This document shows, piece by piece, positions 59,383 through 64,000 of a DNA stretch of 64,000 bases. Each line of letters opens with the position of its first letter. The first letter of the stretch is position 1. This DNA is from a virus, in IMG/VR virus record IMGVR_UViG_3300038301_000548, positions 96,001-160,000 of that record, one strand, 5' to 3'. Below the pieces are notes generated by a model, which saw nothing but the letters and a program-made list of their open reading frames with translations, did not search any database and had not been told where the DNA came from. The position numbers were made by a program, and so were the translations under genes.

Positions 59383-60729
59383 CTATTTTCTCGTAGTTCT
59401 GGCGGCTACCTTGTCTAAGCCGCTTGTTGCAGTGTCGACTATATCAACAAAGGGGTTTCTCTCAGGGTAAAGGTCTTGACCAGGAGTGACTGCTTTCTTT
59501 TTTCCTTTAGATTTGATCCAAACTTTTGTATTTCTACTTTTCTTGAAAGACTTTAATAACTTCTTAGCCAAGGGGCGCCCCCTTTTCACAGACTCTGGGG
59601 CGAACACTCTGACATGTATATGGTTTTTATGATTACTTACCTTGCCATTAAGATTGATTTTGCCATTAGGTTTTCCTTTTGTTTTGGGCGCGCCCACATG
59701 CCACGAGGACTTTTCCCCAAAAAGGGTAGCAGCTACCTTCAGAGAACTATGTAGGGACTTATCTATGATAGTCATTTCGACTAGGCCAGACTTAGCAAGG
59801 CCCGCGATCAGTTTCCAAGTTCTTATTGGATCAAACGTACCTAGGAGAACTTTCAGCGCGGTGATTCGATCCGTCCAGTCTTTATCCGGGTAAGTTGTTA
59901 CTATGCTTTCTAGCTCTGCTCTGCCTATAAATTCCGGTGTTAAAGCTCTAGGAGGAGATGCTACTTTGAACCCTTCAACCATCTCATATCCAGGCATCAT
60001 ATAGAAACCTAAATCTCCATCTTGGCCGGTCTGATGGGATCCATGGCCGGCGACTTTGCGTCCTCCGTGGTAAGTGTTCCCGTAGATGTCAGTATGATGA
60101 GGGGCCACGCCTAAATCCTCTATCAGTAATTTAGATGTCTCTACTGGAATGATCTTTTCTTTTTTTAAAAAATCAATATACTTCTGGTCTTCATTCTCCA
60201 CGACGGACTGGCCAGGTTCTCCTAGGATATAGGCTAGCCATAATCTATCATACTCTTCCTGCTTGGTTGCGTGGACGTGTGCGATGCCTTTTTTTATTGT
60301 TTTTATTAGCTCGTTAGTTCCATAATGATTCTTCTTTCCATTGCCCTGCTTGTTTGCGCCTAGTTCCCAGCGCGGGTCTGTTCCTATGTGTTCTCCGTTA
60401 AGAAATAGGCCGTATGGAGCTGGCGCCCTGATTTTTATTTTTTTAGCAGTCTTTGTGCCGTCGTCATTTGTTATTGTTTTTGTTTTGTATTTTGGCTTTT
60501 TGCCGGTTCCGCGGAGACTCCCTATAACAGCTGATTTCTTTGTTTTTTCTGGCTCTGGTCGACGAATTGATTCTGGGGGCTCTAGGTCTTCCTCTGGAGG
60601 GTAGTCCACTGTGATTCCTCCCTCTAGACTATTATCCATAGACAGCCAGGGAGTTGCTTCTTGTTCTTGCAAGTTTGCTTCTTTTTCTTTGAAGCTTCTC
60701 CAATATTGTAATATTTCTGTCATCAACAT
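59383..60729 (-). CDS. Penicillin-insensitive murein endopeptidase (MepA/M74-like) with a long N-terminal extension
   Basis: LAS-type Zn motifs GHGSHQTGQDGDLGF and NHKNHIHVR; NHYGT.ELI..I upstream. Confidence 0.8.
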   Translation of the reverse strand: MLMTEILQYWRSFKEKEANLQEQEATPWLSMDNSLEGGITVDYPPEEDLEPPESIRRPEPEKTKKSAVIGSLRGTGKKPKYKTKTITNDDGTKTAKKIKIRAPAPYGLFLNGEHIGTDPRWELGANKQGNGKKNHYGTNELIKTIKKGIAHVHATKQEEYDRLWLAYILGEPGQSVVENEDQKYIDFLKKEKIIPVETSKLLIEDLGVAPHHTDIYGNTYHGGRKVAGHGSHQTGQDGDLGFYMMPGYEMVEGFKVASPPRALTPEFIGRAELESIVTTYPDKDWTDRITALKVLLGTFDPIRTWKLIAGLAKSGLVEMTIIDKSLHSSLKVAATLFGEKSSWHVGAPKTKGKPNGKINLNGKVSNHKNHIHVRVFAPESVKRGRPLAKKLLKSFKKSRNTKVWIKSKGKKKAVTPGQDLYPERNPFVDIVDTATSGLDKVAARTTRK

Positions 60730-60753
60730 TTTTTTTCTCCTTTGCTTCCTCAG

Positions 60754-61581
60754 TTACCTTACACGCAGGTTAGAAAAAGCAGATTCTCCCCCTGGGAGCC
60801 AATTACGATCAACATCGCCGGGGATGCCTTGAATGCTGCCAGAGCCAGTCCACTGCCATATTGACCAATCATTCCAATTTCCTAAACGATCTTTTTTAAT
60901 CCCTGACTTAAAGGCTTTTTGGCTATAGTAGGCATGCCATAATTCATACTCGTCCAAGCCAGTTGTATCCCTGTTCAAGTGATACTTCACCATGTTCCCT
61001 CCAGTATAAAGGATTGGCTTGGTGCCAAGCTTCTTCTCAGTTTGCCTTAGAAACGTCAAAACCCAGTCTCTTAGTGAGTTTGCGGTGTGGGTGCCGGCAG
61101 TTTCGAAGTCTAAAACTGGTCTCATACCACCAGTGAAAACTGGGCAGTTTTTTGCAAAATTCTCTATTTCCTTGTGGGGGTCATCATGCAGATCTGGTCT
61201 TGCGAAGTGATAGCCGCCGGCGGGTATATTGACTGACTTAGCTCCGGAGAAATGTGATTTAATTGTTTTCTGTACATGACTATTACCCTCTGTTGTTTTG
61301 ATCCAACAGAAATTAGCCAGGCCTGATTGTTTTAAGGTATTCCAATCTATATTCTTCTGATAGGCACTAATGTCTATCCCTGCGTAGATTTCTATTGCCA
61401 TGGAGGCTCGAGTTGCTGGTCCGACTTTAGAATCTATCGTAAGGCCATTTTCAGATTGGTATTGCTTTACTGCTTGTTTTGTTATGGGGCCAAAATCGCC
61501 GTCTGGTTCGAGATTCAAGACTTGCTGAATTCTCTTTACTTCTTGGCCTTTACTTCCTTCTTCATGAACCCAATATTTCAT
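60754..61581 (-). CDS. Endolysin: N-terminal PG-binding domain plus GH25 muramidase
   Basis: GSKGQEVKRIQ...DGDFGPIT..AVKQYQ...L.ID..VGPAT; then GIDISAYQ, IKTTEG, GGYHF, PVLDFE, WQWT...GIPGDVDRN. Confidence 0.92.
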   Translation of the reverse strand: MKYWVHEEGSKGQEVKRIQQVLNLEPDGDFGPITKQAVKQYQSENGLTIDSKVGPATRASMAIEIYAGIDISAYQKNIDWNTLKQSGLANFCWIKTTEGNSHVQKTIKSHFSGAKSVNIPAGGYHFARPDLHDDPHKEIENFAKNCPVFTGGMRPVLDFETAGTHTANSLRDWVLTFLRQTEKKLGTKPILYTGGNMVKYHLNRDTTGLDEYELWHAYYSQKAFKSGIKKDRLGNWNDWSIWQWTGSGSIQGIPGDVDRNWLPGGESAFSNLRVR

Positions 61582-61583
61582 AA

Positions 61584-62009
61584 TTACACTCGAGGAGATA
61601 ATCTATTTATCAGGTCCTGAATCTCACTATCGTCCATAGCTGATAGATTATTTTTTATGTTGGCTAACATTACCTCTACTTGCTCCAAGGCGCGGTTTCT
61701 GTCCAGTGGCATGGTTAGTTCTTCTTCTAATTGGCCGTGATCTCTTGCTTTATTTCCTGCGATGTATCGAGCTGCTGATGACATATAGTCTCCTGCCTTT
61801 GTGATCTTCGCTTCAAGCCACTCAGGTAAATCGTCTTCGTCAGTGACCAGGTCAAGTAGGACAGTCGTATCCGCTACTAGATGAGCTAGCGTGGTCCTAT
61901 GCATACGAGCCTCTTCACCATGGTGAGAATTCTTATACTTACCAGGACCGCTAGCACATGTGCTGGCTGCATATTCTGTTATTTTTAATTTTATTGTCTT
62001 GTTATTCAT
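61584..62009 (-). CDS. Conserved phage hypothetical protein (141 aa)
   Basis: DDLPEWLEAKITKAGDYM motif, typical of small proteins of large myoviruses; ACTAATTA motif upstream. Confidence 0.6.
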   Translation of the reverse strand: MNNKTIKLKITEYAASTCASGPGKYKNSHHGEEARMHRTTLAHLVADTTVLLDLVTDEDDLPEWLEAKITKAGDYMSSAARYIAGNKARDHGQLEEELTMPLDRNRALEQVEVMLANIKNNLSAMDDSEIQDLINRLSPRV

Positions 62010-62043
62010 GTAGGGTCCCCATAGATGGTCTAGCGATCTTAAT

Positions 62044-62051
62044 TAATTAGT
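62044..62051 (-). promoter_or_regulatory. Candidate late promoter ACTAATTA
   Basis: Fits ACTAnTTA; intergenic, upstream of the 141-aa / endolysin / MepA genes. Confidence 0.45.
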
Positions 62052-62085
62052 AAAATTTGACAACAAAAGTTTGAATTATTGAAAT

Positions 62086-62373
62086 TTAAAAAGAATTCCT
62101 CAAAAGATACAAGATAGGATCCCGAGATTTTTTCATATGTTCATTCTTTTCTTTTTCTCTTAGCTTGCGTAATATAACTTCTTCTTCTGATAATTTCTTG
62201 AAGATGGAGTCTTTGAAGGCAACGGTACCGTATGAGTCTTGGGGGATCTTAAAGTTGTAGATAATTCTCTTATTTCTCGTGTCGACTCTATCAAAAACAA
62301 AAGTTGTCCCGGGAGGGTAGTATTTACCTCGAGGAGAGACCCACCCTCTCTTAAGGGTAGCTTTAATTATCAT
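62086..62373 (-). CDS. Hypothetical protein (95 aa)
   Basis: ORF on the coding strand; no family recognised. Confidence 0.5.
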   Translation of the reverse strand: MIIKATLKRGWVSPRGKYYPPGTTFVFDRVDTRNKRIIYNFKIPQDSYGTVAFKDSIFKKLSEEEVILRKLREKEKNEHMKKSRDPILYLLRNSF

Positions 62374-62388
62374 GGAATCGATTTAGTA

Positions 62389-63417
62389 TCAAATACCAGC
62401 CCAGCTTTTGAATCTTGATAACATATTTGAATATATCGAACCCTCTTCTTTGTCCGGTTTACAACCTTTCGGATATAGGGGTTGACCATTTATCTTTTGA
62501 GCGCATGGAAGTTGGGCCCTTGCGTAAGCCATTAGTGCTGATTTCCACATTGACAACCCTCTAACTAACTCATCCTTATTTTCAATCTTTTTATGAAGAG
62601 CTGCGACGGAGTCAGAGTCTCCTTCTGATTCTGCTTTTTTTGTTTCTTCATAATAATCCTCTATGGAGAATTCTGATGTCTTCTTTATGTTTTCTATATT
62701 CTTGTTTACCACATCCTCAAATGTTAAATTAAACCTCTTCGCCTCTTCGTAGTATCCTCGAGCGTGGGCTTCGACTTCATGAGAACTCATATAATAGCTC
62801 AAATCTTTCCCGAGTTCAACTGTTTTCGAGCTGGCGGTGACAGCCTGGCGCGCATGAGTTAATTCATGAGCTAATGCTTCTGTAATTTTGATTCGGATGT
62901 TCTCTAGTTGTTTGCGGAAAAGAGCTACAGTACTTACTTCTAACTCATTGATTATAATTTTTATATTTAATTCTGTCCTTTCTAATGAATATTCAGAATT
63001 TGCATCAACAAATATTTGATCTTTTGAGCCAAAACTGCCGGCGACCACAAAAGGTCGCGAATCATGTTCGCTGCTTCTTAAAATTACCCTTAAATTAAAG
63101 ACCTCTATTGGGGATATTCCAACTTTTCTGTTGGAGCGTCGCTGGCGCCCTCGATAATCAGAAGATGAACCTGAGTACTCGTCAGGCAGGCCATCCTGAA
63201 AACCGTCTGCATAAGGGTCTTTTCCAAGTTTCCAACTCCAATTGTTATACTGGATATTAAAGGCTTCCCTTAGTGTGTCTTCTGGGTTTGAGTTCTTTGT
63301 TTTGTGGGTCAAAAGAGTCATGATAGCTCGCGACCATGTGGTGACTAGGCTTCGGACCTGGGTCTCGGTTATAATTTGCTCTTCAAACCCTTTCCAATTT
63401 TCCATTATAAGTTTCAT
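62389..63417 (-). CDS. Putative zincin metallopeptidase with an MKLIMENW leader (342 aa)
   Basis: LAHELTHARQ (HExxH) and downstream SHEVEAHARG. Confidence 0.6.
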   Translation of the reverse strand: MKLIMENWKGFEEQIITETQVRSLVTTWSRAIMTLLTHKTKNSNPEDTLREAFNIQYNNWSWKLGKDPYADGFQDGLPDEYSGSSSDYRGRQRRSNRKVGISPIEVFNLRVILRSSEHDSRPFVVAGSFGSKDQIFVDANSEYSLERTELNIKIIINELEVSTVALFRKQLENIRIKITEALAHELTHARQAVTASSKTVELGKDLSYYMSSHEVEAHARGYYEEAKRFNLTFEDVVNKNIENIKKTSEFSIEDYYEETKKAESEGDSDSVAALHKKIENKDELVRGLSMWKSALMAYARAQLPCAQKINGQPLYPKGCKPDKEEGSIYSNMLSRFKSWAGI

Positions 63418-63469
63418 AATATTAAATAGTTTCCAATATAAGAAAAGTTGGTGGAGGTGGCGGGAGTTA
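63392..63469 (-). repeat. Cassette head, copy A (tmRNA-type 3' end + late motif + first codons)
   Basis: TAACTCCCGCCACCTCCACCAACTTTTCTTATATTGGAAACTATTTAATATTATGAAACTTATAATGGAAAATTGG; near-identical to copy B. Confidence 0.85.
63449..63468 (-). ncRNA. tmRNA-type 3' terminal fragment (AACTCCCGC-CACCTCC-A-CCA), not a complete gene
   Basis: T-loop end, T-stem 3' strand CCCGC, acceptor strand CACCTCC with U70 (Ala identity element), A73 and CCA. No 5' half nearby. Confidence 0.65.
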
Positions 63470-63784
63470 TGCTAAATTTCTGTCTCCAAGATTGCCCTTT
63501 AGGCGCTGCAGCATTATATTAACAATCAGGAATTTTTCTAACTCTGGATTTCCGGAGGAATATTTTTTTGCTAATTCTTCTGGTGGGGTGGCGGAGGCTA
63601 TTTCTCCAGATTTCTGCATGGCGACCGTCACTTCGTATGCATCATCTAACCAATCAGGCGCGATGTCATGTTGGTCTTCCATCTCCTGCTGTGACCAACG
63701 GCGCCCAAGGTCGTATTTCTGCTGATCTGAATGCTCCTCTGTTACGAACTTTCTCCAGTTTTCCATTATAAGTTTATGTTTCAT
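63467..63784 (-). CDS. Small hypothetical protein with an MKHKLIMENW leader (105 aa)
   Basis: ORF whose TAA stop overlaps the tmRNA-like fragment. Confidence 0.7.
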   Translation of the reverse strand: MKHKLIMENWRKFVTEEHSDQQKYDLGRRWSQQEMEDQHDIAPDWLDDAYEVTVAMQKSGEIASATPPEELAKKYSSGNPELEKFLIVNIMLQRLKGNLGDRNLA

Positions 63785-63892
63785 AATAATAAGTAGTCCC
63801 CAAAATAAGAAAAGTTGGTGGACAAAAGGTATACAGCTAGAGCCAGGTGTATACCTTTTGTTACGGTGTGGATTTGGAGGTGGCGGGAGTTA
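63754..63892 (-). repeat. Cassette head, copy B, interrupted by a 56-nt hairpin-containing insert
   Basis: TAACTCCCGCCACCTCCA + insert + TCCACCAACTTTTCTTATTTTGGGGACTACTTATTATTATGAAACATAAACTTATAATGGAAAACTGG. Confidence 0.85.
63822..63861. terminator. 14-bp perfect inverted repeat with a 12-nt loop (possible bidirectional terminator)
   Basis: ACAAAAGGTATACA (63822-63835) / TGTATACCTTTTGT (63848-63861). Confidence 0.5.
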
Positions 63893-64000
63893 GTTGGCAC
63901 TTGTAATGCGGGGGTCGCTATATGTGTCTTTTATCTCATCTTCGGCCTTTTCAGCTGCATAATCTTTGCCTGATTTATCTGTTCCGGATGTTGAAATAAT
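63890..64000 (-). CDS. Partial CDS (C-terminus only; starts beyond the window)
   Basis: Hand translation ...IISTSGTDKSGKDYAAEKAEDEIKDTYSDPRITSAN*; its TAA stop overlaps the second tmRNA-like fragment. Confidence 0.6.
   Translation of the reverse strand: MISTSGTDKSGKDYAAEKAEDEIKDTYSDPRITSAN

Noticed and set aside
63581-63598. Third tmRNA-like copy (tggtggggtggcggag) inside the 105-aa ORF
   Set aside because: It needs two gaps to align and encodes ASATPP in frame; likely chance.
2286-63771. Dozens of 60-200 aa plus-strand ORFs and nested minus-strand ORFs in the track
   Set aside because: They lie antisense to or inside long, motif-bearing genes, lack RBSs and recognisable motifs, and are best explained as shadow ORFs.
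1-64000. Stop-codon reassignment (as seen in some jumbo phages)
   Set aside because: The standard code gives dense, very long ORFs, and TAA, TAG and TGA all terminate genes. The in-frame TAG-ATG junction at 39911-39916 has its own GGAG RBS.
63875-64000. Intact tmRNA, or a tmRNA split by a group I intron in the T-loop
   Set aside because: The sequence 5' of AACTCCCGC lacks the GCGGGTTC T-arm half, is an open reading frame ending in TAA, and has no terminal omega-G.
1-64000. Archaeal, cellular or NCLDV origin
   Set aside because: gp25 and gp6-like baseplate genes, a GH25 endolysin, a MepA-like peptidase, TilS, a sigma70 promoter and heptose genes point to a tailed phage of a Gram-negative bacterium.

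Overview
This is a 64-kb segment of a large (jumbo-type) contractile-tailed bacteriophage genome. It is AT-rich (roughly 40% GC by eye), almost entirely minus-strand, and reads in the standard genetic code. Left part (1-38.9 kb): a tail/baseplate module with two paralogous ~280-350 aa virion proteins, a 3430-aa LamG-containing protein, a gp6/baseplate-J-like wedge, gp25, a 4403-aa giant protein and a central-spike candidate. Next come a T4 gp55-like late sigma factor and a ~12-kb, 16-gene glycan operon (heptose kinase and adenylyltransferase, two GT9s, two GT4s, GT8, CgeB-like GT, RmlB, a short DegT, a sulfotransferase, two methyltransferases). Right part: a solo Cas4-like nuclease, PIN-PhoH, several proteases (ClpP, trypsin-like, two HExxH), a minimal TilS directly followed by its cognate tRNA-Ile2(CAU), and MepA-like and GH25 cell-wall hydrolases. 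At the right edge, short genes sit behind a duplicated head made of a tmRNA-type 3' end, a late-promoter motif and an 'MKLIMENW' leader. The strongest leads are the TilS/tRNA-Ile2 AUA-decoding unit, the tmRNA-3'-anchored cassette repeats, and the heptose/glycan operon. All calls come from motif recognition by eye; no database searches were run.
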